Shown one piece after another: positions 37,622-47,632 of a DNA stretch of 64,000 nucleotides. This DNA is from Thermoplasmatales archaeon I-plasma (GTDB lineage Archaea > Thermoplasmatota > Thermoplasmata > Thermoplasmatales > GCA-001856825), in contig ATMD01000003.1 in assembly GCA_001856825.1 (NCBI GenBank), positions 91,796 through 155,795 of the forward strand, written 5' to 3'. The notes under the pieces are model-generated. The model did not search any database and was not told the DNA's origin. It was given only the letters and a program-made list of their open reading frames with translations. The number at the start of each line of letters is the position of its first letter. Positions within the stretch are counted from its first letter, which is position 1. A program made the position numbers and the translations under genes.

Positions 37622-37707
37622 TGCGTCATTTAATCGCGTGATTAGAAGGGAAGGTATGGTACGAAGAATTACGTAATGTTTATAGATTAAGCGATAATCA
37701 TAACAAG

Positions 37708-38136
37708 GTGAAGCGACACTTCCTTTCCAAAAGAGAAAGCAGAGAGTACAAGGAACTTCTGGATAGTTTTGGAATCTCCGTAGAGTCTAAAAGCCTTGAG
37801 ATAGAGGAAAATGATCACTATGTCATCTACGATGGCCCTGTTCCAATTCTGGTCAAATATGAAGAAAAATGGCTTCCTACTCTAAGGATTATGATGTCAA
37901 GGGAATTCCCGAGGGTAGTAATTGATGAAGGTGCTTATGCCGGCATAAAGAACGGTGCAAACTTGTATGCAGCAGGAATTAAGAGCATAGTCGGTGATAT
38001 CAAGAAGGGCTCTACGTGCATTATAGAGACCATGGGTGGCAAGAAAGTAGGGTCGGCAACAGTTGAATCAAATGAAACTGATATAAAGGAGAAGAAAAAG
38101 GGGGCGTTCCTTAGGGTTTATGAACTGTACAGATAG
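37708..38136 (+). CDS. PUA-domain RNA-binding protein (archaeal Tma20/MCT-1-like)
   Basis: 142 aa with a GTG start. KRHFLSKRESRE...PRVVIDEGAYAGIKNGANLYAAGI...G..C.IET..GKKVGSATV. Confidence 0.6.
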   Translation: MKRHFLSKRESREYKELLDSFGISVESKSLEIEENDHYVIYDGPVPILVKYEEKWLPTLRIMMSREFPRVVIDEGAYAGIKNGANLYAAGIKSIVGDIKKGSTCIIETMGGKKVGSATVESNETDIKEKKKGAFLRVYELYR

Positions 38137-38210
38137 CTTCCCTTTTCATAGTCCTAAGTCCAATCTCAAGGTAATGGAAGAGTTAAATAATTCATCACAC
38201 CTTTAGATTT

Positions 38211-39152
38211 ATGAAATTCATCGATTTGCATCAGGACATGGGTATAACTTCGCAGCGAGAGGATATTGTTTCAGGAACAAAGCAATCAAATCTGGACGCA
38301 ATTAAAAGATTCGAGGATGTTATCATATTCGGCGTGAACTTTCCACACATATCGGTTGTCAATGACAGAGCTGAGGAGCTTAGCAGACAATATGGGTCCG
38401 GTCCTCGAAGGGCAACTGTTGCACTCTGGGAAGACCTGATGGAGCAGATGAAGTTTTACAAGCACATGGAGAGAAAGGGACTAATAAAGATCGTTCTAGG
38501 GCAATCAGATGAATTGAAGAAGGGGACCAAGATACTGCTGAGCCTTGAGGGGACTGACTGTCTTCGAGATCCTTATGATCTCTACCTACTGAAGGACATG
38601 GGACTGAGGTGCATTGGCCTGACCTGGAATTATGACACAAAATTTGCTGCTTCCGCAATGTCCAGGAAGGACTATGGGTTGACAGGGTACGGGGAGGAAA
38701 TTGTCAAAATTGCGAATGAGCAGAATGTAATAGTTGACTTGGCCCACGCGAGCAGGAACACGATTATAGATACATGCTCTGTTTCTAAGAAGCCTGTTAT
38801 TTCATCACATGGGAATGTGAAGGGTGTTTACGATCATGTGAGAAATCTCGACGATGATAGCATTGAAGCAATAGCCAAGACCGGGGGAGTAGTTGGAATA
38901 ACTGCAATAAGGACAACACTTAGCAAAGAACCTTCTATAACTGACATTGCCAAACATATGGAATACGTCGGAGAAAATTTTGGATGGGACCACGTTGCAC
39001 TCGGTACTGATTTTCTTGGGATAGACGAAACCCCTTCAGGATTTGATGACGTAACAAAGATTGTTCAACTCTCAAATCTTTTGGGCTCCCATTCCCAGCA
39101 AGTCTTGTGGGATAATCCGCTGAGGGTTATTAACAGTGTTATTTCTCACTGA
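38211..39152 (+). CDS. Membrane-dipeptidase-family (M19) metallohydrolase
   Basis: IDLHQD, LSLEG, GLTWNYDTKFA, VDLAHAS, SSHGN and LGTDFLG. Confidence 0.6.
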   Translation: MKFIDLHQDMGITSQREDIVSGTKQSNLDAIKRFEDVIIFGVNFPHISVVNDRAEELSRQYGSGPRRATVALWEDLMEQMKFYKHMERKGLIKIVLGQSDELKKGTKILLSLEGTDCLRDPYDLYLLKDMGLRCIGLTWNYDTKFAASAMSRKDYGLTGYGEEIVKIANEQNVIVDLAHASRNTIIDTCSVSKKPVISSHGNVKGVYDHVRNLDDDSIEAIAKTGGVVGITAIRTTLSKEPSITDIAKHMEYVGENFGWDHVALGTDFLGIDETPSGFDDVTKIVQLSNLLGSHSQQVLWDNPLRVINSVISH

Positions 39153-39222
39153 GTAATGGCCCAGATGCGTGCCGTCGGTATCGTGAAGATGTCATTTCTC
39201 GCTTCCTAGCTTAGGTGATACT

Positions 39223-39510
39223 TCAAAGGAATCTTAGGGCTTCCCTTCCCTTCATCCCCTCTTTTACTCCCGACTCTCTCGCCTTCGCACTTATCTTAAC
39301 GACATCTTTGTTGAGAAGGTCATCGAACGTATTGACGCCTGAAATCGACACGGCTGAAGCGCCTGTCTTGTCTGCAGCTTCCATGTTGAGATATCCACAC
39401 ATTAGAAATCCTTTCTTGCCAGTTATCAAGACTATTGGCGCAGGTTTAGTGTCGATCTTTATTCCTGTATATATTTCTCCCTCAACTGACAGATTTTCAA
39501 TTTGTATCAT
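39223..39510 (-). CDS. DUF1805 (YunC-like) protein, last gene of the polymerase cassette
   Basis: 95 aa. PIVLITGKKGFLMCGYLNMEAADKTGASAVSISGVNTFDDLL fits the DUF1805 pattern. Its start overlaps the polymerase stop by 14 nt. Confidence 0.55.
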   Translation of the reverse strand: MIQIENLSVEGEIYTGIKIDTKPAPIVLITGKKGFLMCGYLNMEAADKTGASAVSISGVNTFDDLLNKDVVKISAKARESGVKEGMKGREALRFL

Positions 39511-41479
39511 AATCCTCGATGCTCTTCTGGTATATTATAGGTTGATGCCTATATGGATAGGATATACTCTCCCACGCCATTTCCAGCTTTCTAAGGTAAT
39601 AGTTTTTGTCGTACCTGTTCTCTAGATTCTCTATGTCCACTTCACCCCTCTTCTCGTTCAGTACAAACATCGACACCTTGTCACCTGGTCCCACATTTCT
39701 TGCTTTTTCTATAGCCATTTTCCTTATGCCATTAACTTTGTAAGCTTCAGGTCTGCGGGTGGCGACTATTGACATTCTTAGTTCTGAGTCATCGACCTTT
39801 CCATTTGTTATCCTGAACTTGTAGGAGTTGTATATTTTCTCAACCTCATCATAGTGTTTATGAAAACCTGCCAAGTTTGGGACCCTTGAATAAATGTTGA
39901 GTATTTCCTCCTGCATCTCCTTGCATACATTAGGAAAGTCTGTCCTGCGCAGTTCTATTCCTCTGACCTTGAATTTCCCATTTTCCATGAGTCCAAAATA
40001 CCTGTTGAGTGCACCAGTTCCATCCCTTGCCGGGAGGAACGCTATCCACTTGTAGAAACCCTCAAGAGAAATCTTGAGCTTGCTCATTTCTTCTATCCTT
40101 CTCATTACTTTATGGATGTCTCCACTTCCCTGCAGCCATAGGGAATCAACTATTCCGTGTATTGCAGTGAAACCTTCTTCTTCAGCTATTTTTATGCTGT
40201 CTGTCAATATCTTACGTCCCAGGCTGGTTATGGATTCATGAACCTCTATCCTGCCGAACTTTGCATTCTTATAGCCGGTGTAACCAAATGATGTCAACAG
40301 AAGCCATTTCAGGACAGCATCTCTACCCCTGTATCTTTCGTCAGATTTCTTTTTGTTCTTATAGTACAAGCGGAGGTCAAGAAGATCTGATAGGAATTCA
40401 GGCAGCATCCCCCTTCTATCCATGCATATGTCATATCCTAGGTCATCTATTCTCCTGAAATTTTCGCACTTTACGTTAATTGTCTCCGGAGAAAGGTTGT
40501 AATTAACTATTATTGATGGGTACATTGAGCTGAAATCTATCTCAAAGACATTTTCATATACGCCAGGCACTGGCTGGAGGTATAGCCCCCCCTTGTCAGC
40601 GCTTATGAACGTATCAATATTCTTGATCATCTCATGGTCGTCCTTGTAAAGAGGGATCATTATGCCCTTCTCCAGAGATTTCTTTACCTCATATGAAGAA
40701 ACAGCTGTTCCGGGGGTTATGCGTGCAGAATGGAAGATGGGAAGGGAGGTGATCTTGGAAATAGTAATCAACCCCTCAAGACCACCCTCGCTGAAAATGA
40801 ATGACGTTTCTCTGTCTATGTGGGGTATCCCATAAATTATGAATCCACTTGATCTATGACTAACTCTTCCATATGAAGTGAATGTTCTCTCCTTGCTCCT
40901 AGATGTTCTGGGAGTGTATCCTTCCTTCCTGGCAAGCTCGAAGAATCTAGGGAAATATCTGTCGCCACCTTCAGATACTATCATGTTGGCATCTTTCATG
41001 TTGGAGAAGAAGTAATCGATAGATGAAGGGATGTTCGTGAACATCTGCCCATTTATCTCAATCTCCTCCAGCGAATCAATGAATTTTATTTCAAGGACAT
41101 TAACCTTAGGTATGTCAAAATTCATTTCATCTTCATCATTGAAAAAATGAAGGTTGTTCTTGACCATGAATGATTGTACAATGTTTACGTCTGCGTTGTA
41201 AATCTTACAATCTCTGAAGTTTCCTATTCGTTCTATTGCCGTTATCACCTCGCTTAACCTGTTCGGAGGTAGGGTTATGGTCACGACCTTTTTATAGGAA
41301 AATATGTCCCTCCGCTCTTCTAGTTTCCACTTGATCCAAGGTACAAGATCTATCTCGTCGGTGATTCTCTCAAGACGGTCTCCAGTGACGTATATAGTGT
41401 GCTCATAGTTCCATCTCTTTATATTCCTGTTTTCATCTATGGTAAAGATGGCCCTGCCGCCCCATGCATCAATGATCAT
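39497..41479 (-). CDS. Divergent family-B DNA polymerase (PolB2-like; degenerate exonuclease region and motif C)
   Basis: Motif A EIDFSSMYPSIIVNYNLSPET, motif B LLTSFGYTGYKNAKFG, motif C AIHGIVDSLW (canonical Y-x-DTDS). I could find no canonical Exo I-III. The N-terminus MIIDAWGG...IYNADVNIVQSFMVKNNL is PolB-like. Confidence 0.75.
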   Translation of the reverse strand: MIIDAWGGRAIFTIDENRNIKRWNYEHTIYVTGDRLERITDEIDLVPWIKWKLEERRDIFSYKKVVTITLPPNRLSEVITAIERIGNFRDCKIYNADVNIVQSFMVKNNLHFFNDEDEMNFDIPKVNVLEIKFIDSLEEIEINGQMFTNIPSSIDYFFSNMKDANMIVSEGGDRYFPRFFELARKEGYTPRTSRSKERTFTSYGRVSHRSSGFIIYGIPHIDRETSFIFSEGGLEGLITISKITSLPIFHSARITPGTAVSSYEVKKSLEKGIMIPLYKDDHEMIKNIDTFISADKGGLYLQPVPGVYENVFEIDFSSMYPSIIVNYNLSPETINVKCENFRRIDDLGYDICMDRRGMLPEFLSDLLDLRLYYKNKKKSDERYRGRDAVLKWLLLTSFGYTGYKNAKFGRIEVHESITSLGRKILTDSIKIAEEEGFTAIHGIVDSLWLQGSGDIHKVMRRIEEMSKLKISLEGFYKWIAFLPARDGTGALNRYFGLMENGKFKVRGIELRRTDFPNVCKEMQEEILNIYSRVPNLAGFHKHYDEVEKIYNSYKFRITNGKVDDSELRMSIVATRRPEAYKVNGIRKMAIEKARNVGPGDKVSMFVLNEKRGEVDIENLENRYDKNYYLRKLEMAWESISYPYRHQPIIYQKSIEDYDTN

Positions 41480-41694
41480 TCGATTTCTTTTCTAATTTCC
41501 AATAGCACGAAGAGAAGAAAAACAAAATATGGGTCTAGACTTGTTATGGAGCCTTCTGGGATGTGAAGTTTTACTTTTCTTATGAAATCTTCGATAATTT
41601 CTTTATTGCCACTGCTCATCAATTTCTCTGCTTTTCTTATCTCTTCAATTATGCTTTCTATTTCCATTCTAAGGCTAGGGGTGTTTCTTCCCAT
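41476..41694 (-). CDS. Small hypothetical protein (72 aa) coupled to the polymerase gene
   Basis: Its stop overlaps the polymerase ATG by 4 nt. It has a helical N-terminus and a hydrophobic C-terminus. Confidence 0.4.
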   Translation of the reverse strand: MGRNTPSLRMEIESIIEEIRKAEKLMSSGNKEIIEDFIRKVKLHIPEGSITSLDPYFVFLLFVLLEIRKEIE

Positions 41695-42128
41695 TTCTTG
41701 ACCACCTCTAGTATCTTCCTATGGAATACATTGCCCAACCACGGTGGTCTAAACTCTTCATCTTCCACCAAATAGACTATGTTTGGCGTTCCAGTCCTAC
41801 GTGAGATACCTTCCAAGGCGTTTGATATGTTGAGTAAAACATCCTCTTTCCACTCCTTAAGTTCAGAGAGTCTGACTACTATGAAAATTGCGAAGTCATC
41901 ATAGTAAAAATCCTCCACTATCGTTTTTTGGAACTGATACATGTTGAGGATTCTCTGGATGTAGAGGCGATCACCCATTTTCCTCTTCAAATAATGGGCA
42001 TCGACAAACACCCCATCCCCAAGGAGCAACAACGTCTTCCCATAACTGCTAACAAAATCCTCTAAGAAAATGGAATTGAATTCCTCCATTTCCATTAGAT
42101 ATGAATGCCTTGTGTTAGCCCTGAACAT
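41658..42128 (-). CDS. Hypothetical protein (156 aa), first gene of the polymerase cassette
   Basis: ORF overlaps the 72-aa ORF. No motif recognised. Confidence 0.45.
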   Translation of the reverse strand: MFRANTRHSYLMEMEEFNSIFLEDFVSSYGKTLLLLGDGVFVDAHYLKRKMGDRLYIQRILNMYQFQKTIVEDFYYDDFAIFIVVRLSELKEWKEDVLLNISNALEGISRRTGTPNIVYLVEDEEFRPPWLGNVFHRKILEVVKKWEETPLALEWK

Positions 42129-42386
42129 AAGTAAAGATCAGCTTAACCCTATTTTAATCTTATATAGCGAATTGAAAATTGAAAAAATTGAAAAATTGAT
42201 TTCAAGAAGCCTGGAAGTTTAAACTTGGCGTATTGAGAAAAATCAGGCCTCAAGAAATTAATTAACTGTGCCCAATAAATTTAATTGAAATATTAGGCAT
42301 ATGTAACCCAAACCCCCAAATTAGACAGATGAACGAAAACAAAGAATAAAAGATGTATAAAAAAAAGGAATGAATTTCTGTGAGTT

Positions 42387-43664
42387 TCAGTACCAGCCAC
42401 GTACCTTCATTGCCTTAGCTACTCTATCAACCGCCAGGATATAAGCAGCCATTCTGGGGGTAGTGTTGTACTTGGTCATTGTCTCAATCATGTCCCAGAA
42501 GCTCTTTGATACCTTCCTGTCGAGCTTGCCATAGACTTCGTCGATGTCCCAATAGAATCCGTTTATGTTCTGGACCCATTCGAAGTAGGATACTATGACC
42601 CCGCCTGAGTTCGAAAGGAAGTCGGGAATGTCGAATACCTTATTCTTCGCAAGGATCTCATCTGCTTCAGGGGTGGTTGGTCCGTTTGCCAGTTCTAGCA
42701 TTATCTTTGCCTTCACGTTTGCGGCATTCTTCCCAGTTATCTGGTTTTCAAGAGCGGACGGGATTAGTACGTCAACCTTTAGTTCCAGAAGGTCCGCATT
42801 TGAGATTTCTTTTGCCCCCTTGAATCCAACAACGCTTCCAGTCTTTAATTTGTGGGCTTTTACTGCTTCAAAGTCCAGTCCATCTGCATTATATATTCCA
42901 CCCTTGCTATCGGATACGGCAACTACCTTTGAATGGAACATTTCCGTAACTAGCTTGTGTGCAAATTCACCTGCATTTCCAAAGCCCTGAATTGCTACCG
43001 TCGCCTTCGACAGATCTATGTGTAGATGTTTCGCTGCCTCTCTGAGTATGAACATTCCTCCCCTGGCTGTTGCATCCCCTCTTCCAAGGGATCCGCCTAT
43101 CTCCAGTGGCTTTCCTGTTATGACCCCGGGTACGTTGTATCCTTCCATTGCAGAGTACTCGTCCATCATCCACGCCATTATCTGGGGCGTTGTGTAAACG
43201 TCTGGGGCAGGGATATCGATATCTGGCCCTATGTATTCTCCGATTGCCCTGACATATCCCCTTGAAAGTCTCTCAAGCTCAGCTTGGCTAAGAGACTTAG
43301 GATCGCAAATGATTCCACCTTTTGCCCCACCATAGGGGATGTCTGCCAGTGAAGTCTTCCAGGTCATCCACGCTGCTAGAGCTTTGACAGTTGAAAGGCT
43401 CTCCTGTGGATGGAATCTAATTCCTCCCTTCGTAGGTCCCCTTGCAAAGTTGTAGTGAACCCTGAATCCAGTGAAAACTTTGGTGGTTCCATTGTCCATC
43501 TTCACCGGTATTTGAACCTGGACCATGCTCATTGGCTCCCTCAAAATAGCGTGAGCCTGTGGGTCCAGTTTCATTATTGCTGCAGCTTCGTCCAGTTGCT
43601 TTTGTGCAATTTTAAATGGGTCGAGTTCTTCTTGTTTTTTATCACTTTTAGGTTGTTGCATCAT
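42387..43664 (-). CDS. gdhA: Glutamate dehydrogenase
   Basis: [23 protein letters not shown] and QGFGNAG. Confidence 0.95.
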   Translation of the reverse strand: MMQQPKSDKKQEELDPFKIAQKQLDEAAAIMKLDPQAHAILREPMSMVQVQIPVKMDNGTTKVFTGFRVHYNFARGPTKGGIRFHPQESLSTVKALAAWMTWKTSLADIPYGGAKGGIICDPKSLSQAELERLSRGYVRAIGEYIGPDIDIPAPDVYTTPQIMAWMMDEYSAMEGYNVPGVITGKPLEIGGSLGRGDATARGGMFILREAAKHLHIDLSKATVAIQGFGNAGEFAHKLVTEMFHSKVVAVSDSKGGIYNADGLDFEAVKAHKLKTGSVVGFKGAKEISNADLLELKVDVLIPSALENQITGKNAANVKAKIMLELANGPTTPEADEILAKNKVFDIPDFLSNSGGVIVSYFEWVQNINGFYWDIDEVYGKLDRKVSKSFWDMIETMTKYNTTPRMAAYILAVDRVAKAMKVRGWY

Positions 43665-43795
43665 CGTTTCACCTGTAATGCACTCCGGTATCGCATTTTA
43701 ATTCATAAAGGTTGTCAGTTAATCGCAATTAATCTTATTGCCTTTAATACTAGGCTCATTCACAAAGGTTATTTTATGCTTCATTATTGCGAAGC

Positions 43796-44611
43796 ATGAA
43801 AGTGGACTTCTGGTTCTCAGAGAATCAAAATGAGGATGTGAAATTCGGTGTCAGGGTAAAATCTCACCTATTTTCTATAGAATCCAAGTATCAGAAGATC
43901 GACATATTTGATACTGAATTCTTCGGTAGGGTGATGATTCTTGATGGATGCTTCATGATAACAGAGAAAGACGAATTCATGTATCAGGAAATGCTTTCCC
44001 ACCCTGCGATGGTATCACATCCCGACCCGAAGGACATCCTGATAATTGGGGGCGGTGATGGCGGCGTCGCAAGAGAAGTACTTCGGTATCCGGTAAAGAC
44101 TGTCGACCTTGTTGAAATAGATGAAGATGTTATAACTGCGGCCAAGACTTATTTACCAAGCATAGCAGCCTCTTTTGCCGACAGCAGACTTAAGGTCTAC
44201 AATATGGACGCTTTCGAATTCGTAGATTCTGAGAGGAGTTATGATGTTATTTTAGTTGATTCAACGGACCCCATTGGATTTGCAGCTTCTCTGTTCTCTG
44301 ACGTTTTTTACATGAAATCCAAGAAAATACTGAAAAAGGGCGGAATTATTGCAACACAGAGCGGGTCTCCTTTCATGAATCCTGAGTTCATAAAGAAGGC
44401 GTATCGTGGTCTGAATGGCCACTTCAAGACAGTGAAACCATATCTGTCTTTTGTGCCCTCATATCCGTCTGGAATGTGGTCCTACATAATGGCTTCAGAT
44501 GAAAGCATAGAGAAGCACAGGGATTTCACTGGTAGGTATGTGAACGAAGGCATCTACCGATCCTGCTTCAATCTCCCGGAGTTTGTGAAGAAGGTTCTTG
44601 AGAACCAGTGA
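43796..44611 (+). CDS. speE: Spermidine synthase (aminopropyltransferase)
   Basis: MKVDFWFSE, YQEMLSH, ILIIGGGDGGVARE, VEIDEDV and VDSTDPIG. The ATG at 43796 is preferred over the TTG at 43787. Confidence 0.9.
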   Translation: MKVDFWFSENQNEDVKFGVRVKSHLFSIESKYQKIDIFDTEFFGRVMILDGCFMITEKDEFMYQEMLSHPAMVSHPDPKDILIIGGGDGGVAREVLRYPVKTVDLVEIDEDVITAAKTYLPSIAASFADSRLKVYNMDAFEFVDSERSYDVILVDSTDPIGFAASLFSDVFYMKSKKILKKGGIIATQSGSPFMNPEFIKKAYRGLNGHFKTVKPYLSFVPSYPSGMWSYIMASDESIEKHRDFTGRYVNEGIYRSCFNLPEFVKKVLENQ

Positions 44612-44640
44612 ATTATTCTCTCAAAACTCAGTTCGTAGGA

Positions 44641-45024
44641 CTATCTGACCCTAAGCTGGTCCTTCTTCTCCTCATACCTCTTCCTGAATGATGGGCCAAG
44701 CTTCCTTGAAATAATGTCCAGGTCCCTTTCATTCTTTACAAACGTGGCCTTGCTGTCCGTGAGGATCAGTTCTTCGAACTTTCTCCTCTGTGAGACCGTG
44801 GATGCGAGAAGGTAAGCAAAATAAATTATTCCAACGAGTGAAAAGAGGAAAATGTAGTAAGTCCATCCACCTAGGGTTGTCAGGAATGACTGAAAATTCA
44901 GTGGCAGAATTCCCAGGCTGAAGAAGTAGATTACAACTAATATAAAGAGGAAAAGTGTTATAGCCAACATGACGAGGGATATCGGAATCTTGAATTCCTT
45001 GTAAGTTCCACGTTCCATCCGCAT
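44641..45024 (-). CDS. Small membrane protein (2-3 TM), hypothetical
   Basis: 127 aa. Two or three hydrophobic helices followed by a charged C-terminal tail. Confidence 0.45.
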   Translation of the reverse strand: MRMERGTYKEFKIPISLVMLAITLFLFILVVIYFFSLGILPLNFQSFLTTLGGWTYYIFLFSLVGIIYFAYLLASTVSQRRKFEELILTDSKATFVKNERDLDIISRKLGPSFRKRYEEKKDQLRVR

Positions 45025-45038
45025 GGCATTTTAAAGGC

Positions 45039-45584
45039 CTATATTGCCTTTTTCGTAAGAAATTTCAAAAATGCCTTCCCTGCTCTGTACCTGTGCGAAA
45101 GAGAATTTTTCTTCTCAAGTGTCATTTCCGCATAAGTAAGTTCTTGCCCTACCGGAATGAATATTGGGTCAAATCCAAAACCGTTTTCTCCCCTCGCAGC
45201 ATCAGAGATCGTTCCACGTGCCTTTCCAGTGAACAGATTGAGCTTACCATCGTAATAAGCGATACATGTCCTGAATTCTGCCTTCCTGTTAGATGTGCCT
45301 TCCATTAATCTAAGAATTCCCTCATTTCCGAGCGTCTTATTCACATAAGACGAGTAGACCCCCGGGAAACCTCTTAATGCCTCTATGAATAAACCAGAAT
45401 CATCTATAAAGAAATCGTCGTTTATTGTGCCTGACAGGTAGTAAACCGACCTTTCTGCAACCTTCTCTATCGTGTCGAGTTGTTCTTCAGGATACCTCAT
45501 TAGCATGAGCTTTAAATTGAAGTGCTTTCCTATAATTTCCTTGTATTCCCTGTATTTACCTCTGTTTGAGGTGACAATTATCAA
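45039..45584 (-). CDS. rdgB: Non-canonical purine NTP pyrophosphatase (HAM1/RdgB/ITPase)
   Basis: IIVTSNRGKYREY, DDSGLFIEAL.GFPGVYS, GFGFDPIF and SHRY. Confidence 0.85.
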   Translation of the reverse strand: MIIVTSNRGKYREYKEIIGKHFNLKLMLMRYPEEQLDTIEKVAERSVYYLSGTINDDFFIDDSGLFIEALRGFPGVYSSYVNKTLGNEGILRLMEGTSNRKAEFRTCIAYYDGKLNLFTGKARGTISDAARGENGFGFDPIFIPVGQELTYAEMTLEKKNSLSHRYRAGKAFLKFLTKKAI

Positions 45585-47149
45585 GTGTACCTCCTCCTAT
45601 CCTCTATTTCCTTCACCTTCTGCATCACCTCATCAAATCTAGTGCATTTACTGTATCCCTCAAGGAAGTATTTGAATGAATTACCCTTGCCGAGGGAGCT
45701 CAGTGACTCCTTCATCAGATGTATATCAACACCTAACTGCTCTATTTCAGCATTTTGGTCACCCATTGAAGGGTCTATGAAGGATATACTCCCATCGAAC
45801 ATAACGTTCCCCAGACTAAGGTCACCATGGCTTATCCCTCTGTCGTGCAGCTGCGCTACTCTCTCTCCAACCAGCCTGAGAACTTGATCAATATTCGGTT
45901 CTGAAATCATCTGGCTCATTACCCTTCCCGGGAGCATCTTCAGATAGATTGAAGAGGAAGGCATGTCCACGTATAGCACTAATGGTCTGCCAACTGATTC
46001 CGAACCAATAGCATGCAGCAGCCTGATCTCTCGCTTTATCCTTGAGTTGTTGATCCTCATATTAATTTCCGGATTCCTGTATTCCCCTCCTCTTCTTCTC
46101 TTTATCACGCATTCAATCCCTTCAAATGATGACCTCTCAATAACGCTCTCTCCACCAACCATTGCCCTTGGATGGAGTTTCCTCCTCCCTATCCACCTGC
46201 TCTCCCTGGAATCGACCCTGTCCATCTGCTGCAGCATAATGTTTTCATCTGCCTCCAAGTCGCTCATGTACCCGGCAAGAGCTATCATTGCCCCGTTGTC
46301 AGAAAGATATGTGTCGTCAGGGAAGTAATAACTATACCCACGCATCTTTGCCATGCCTGAGAGCAGCTCCCTTAGTCTTCTATTCCTGGCCACTCCACCG
46401 GTTATGCTGAATTCTGTAAGTCCAAAATGTGCCATTCCTCTCTCAACTATCTCAGCGAGTGCTGTGAAGGCATATTCTTGAGCGTTGAATGCAATGTCCT
46501 CTCTGCGTTCTTTCCCAATCCTTCTCTTGAGTGAAGTATATAGGCCTGAATAAGAGACATCCATTCCCCTCACCGTGTAGGGACAATCAAAAACTTTTTC
46601 ACCCCCCTTTGCAAGCTTCTCAAGAACTGGGGCCCCAGGGAAAGGGATCTCAAGGTCTCTTGCTATCTTGTCAAGGAAATTACCTACCCCGATGTCAAGT
46701 GTCTCCCCAAGTACAGAATACTTATATTCACCAATTGTAACAAGCTGGGTGTTACCCCCAGAAACATAAAGGAAGAGAGGGTTTTCAAACTTAGACATCT
46801 TCCTTGCTATTTCCAGGTGCCCTACGCCATGATTCACTGGAACTAGAACCTTTGAATATCTTATGGAAAGATACTTCGCCAGCTCAGCCCCTACCTTCAG
46901 AGATGGCCCAAGCCCAGGTCCAATGCTGAATGCGATCTTGTCCAGATCAGAAATCCCAACTTCTTTCTCATCGAGCAGCGACAAAAGTAGATCTGGAAAC
47001 ACCTTTCTATGGTGTTCAGCTGCATCCCTTGGGTTAATCCCTCCAGTTAGAGGCCTGTATGAATCCGATTTGACCCCCCTAATCTCGCCGTCTTCCACGA
47101 GCCCAACTGAGGCCGTGTGAGCAGTACTCTCTATTCCAAGAACGATCAT
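45581..47149 (-). CDS. kae1: Bifunctional Kae1-Bud32 (t6A synthase / atypical kinase fusion)
   Basis: N-terminus MIVLGIESTAHT, NHGVGHLE and SGGNTQ. C-terminal kinase half ISHGDLSLGNVMF...FIDPSMG. Confidence 0.92.
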   Translation of the reverse strand: MIVLGIESTAHTASVGLVEDGEIRGVKSDSYRPLTGGINPRDAAEHHRKVFPDLLLSLLDEKEVGISDLDKIAFSIGPGLGPSLKVGAELAKYLSIRYSKVLVPVNHGVGHLEIARKMSKFENPLFLYVSGGNTQLVTIGEYKYSVLGETLDIGVGNFLDKIARDLEIPFPGAPVLEKLAKGGEKVFDCPYTVRGMDVSYSGLYTSLKRRIGKERREDIAFNAQEYAFTALAEIVERGMAHFGLTEFSITGGVARNRRLRELLSGMAKMRGYSYYFPDDTYLSDNGAMIALAGYMSDLEADENIMLQQMDRVDSRESRWIGRRKLHPRAMVGGESVIERSSFEGIECVIKRRRGGEYRNPEINMRINNSRIKREIRLLHAIGSESVGRPLVLYVDMPSSSIYLKMLPGRVMSQMISEPNIDQVLRLVGERVAQLHDRGISHGDLSLGNVMFDGSISFIDPSMGDQNAEIEQLGVDIHLMKESLSSLGKGNSFKYFLEGYSKCTRFDEVMQKVKEIEDRRRYT

Positions 47150-47245
47150 CCTATTTCTTAAATGTGTAATTCATTCCCATTTTAAATAGTTAGATGAGGC
47201 CCAAGCGCATTCCGGTTGAAAGAACTGTTCAGGATGACCTGGAAA

Positions 47246-47470
47246 TTACTTCTGTGATATCCTGACCACGTTGCTTCCCCTAAGAATCACTGTGCCTAGT
47301 TTTCTCTTGTTCGTCTCCGTTATTTCCTCAGTATTGGTTATCACAATGTTCATGTAATCGTCATAGCTTTCCAGGACTCCCTCCAGTACTGTGTTATCCT
47401 TCAGAAGAAGGGAAATCGGTTTCTGCATCAAACTCTGCATAACTGCCATAGGAACTGCCATATATATCAC
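47246..47470 (-). CDS. Sm-like archaeal protein (LSm/SmAP)
   Basis: ISLLLKDNTVLEGVLESYDDYMNIVI...RKLGTVILRGSNVVRI (Sm1/Sm2 motifs). Confidence 0.85.
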   Translation of the reverse strand: MIYMAVPMAVMQSLMQKPISLLLKDNTVLEGVLESYDDYMNIVITNTEEITETNKRKLGTVILRGSNVVRISQK

Positions 47471-47632
47471 CTAAGTATATTCGTAGTAATCGTCTTCTTC
47501 CTCATTCTCCATCACCACTTGGAGAAGCCCCCTTAGAATTACTTTCATGTTCTCGACTTCCTTCCTAAGATGTTTTACTTCAACATCCAGCTTTTCAACA
47601 TTGATCTTATTTTCACCAGCTTCAGGCTTCAT
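47471..47632 (-). CDS. 53-aa coiled-coil micro-ORF between csl4 and LSm
   Basis: My translation: MKPEAGENKINVEKLDVEVKHLRKEVENMKVILRGLLQVVMENEEEDDYYEYT. Its ATG overlaps the csl4 TGA (ATGA), and its stop abuts the LSm start codon. Confidence 0.35.
   Translation of the reverse strand: MKPEAGENKINVEKLDVEVKHLRKEVENMKVILRGLLQVVMENEEEDDYYEYT

Noticed and set aside
41476-42128. Possibility that the 156-aa and 72-aa ORFs are frameshifted N-terminal pieces of the polymerase
   Set aside because: The 660-aa ORF already begins with a PolB-type N-terminus (MIID...IYNADVNIVQSFMVKNNL). The upstream ORFs show no PolB N-terminal or exonuclease motifs.
42129-42386. AT-rich gap with reiterated ATTGAAAA units as a replication origin or mini-CRISPR
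   Set aside because: The units are 8-9 nt and contiguous, with no spacer structure. There are no ORB-like longer repeats and no orc1/cdc6 gene adjacent. It is more simply a T-tract terminator for gdhA plus the promoter of the polymerase cassette.
47150-47245. Possible C/D-box sRNA between kae1-bud32 and the LSm gene (AGAUGAG ... GGAUGAC)
   Set aside because: The boxes are imperfect, no CUGA D or D' boxes occur at the required 12-nt spacing, and there is no terminal stem.
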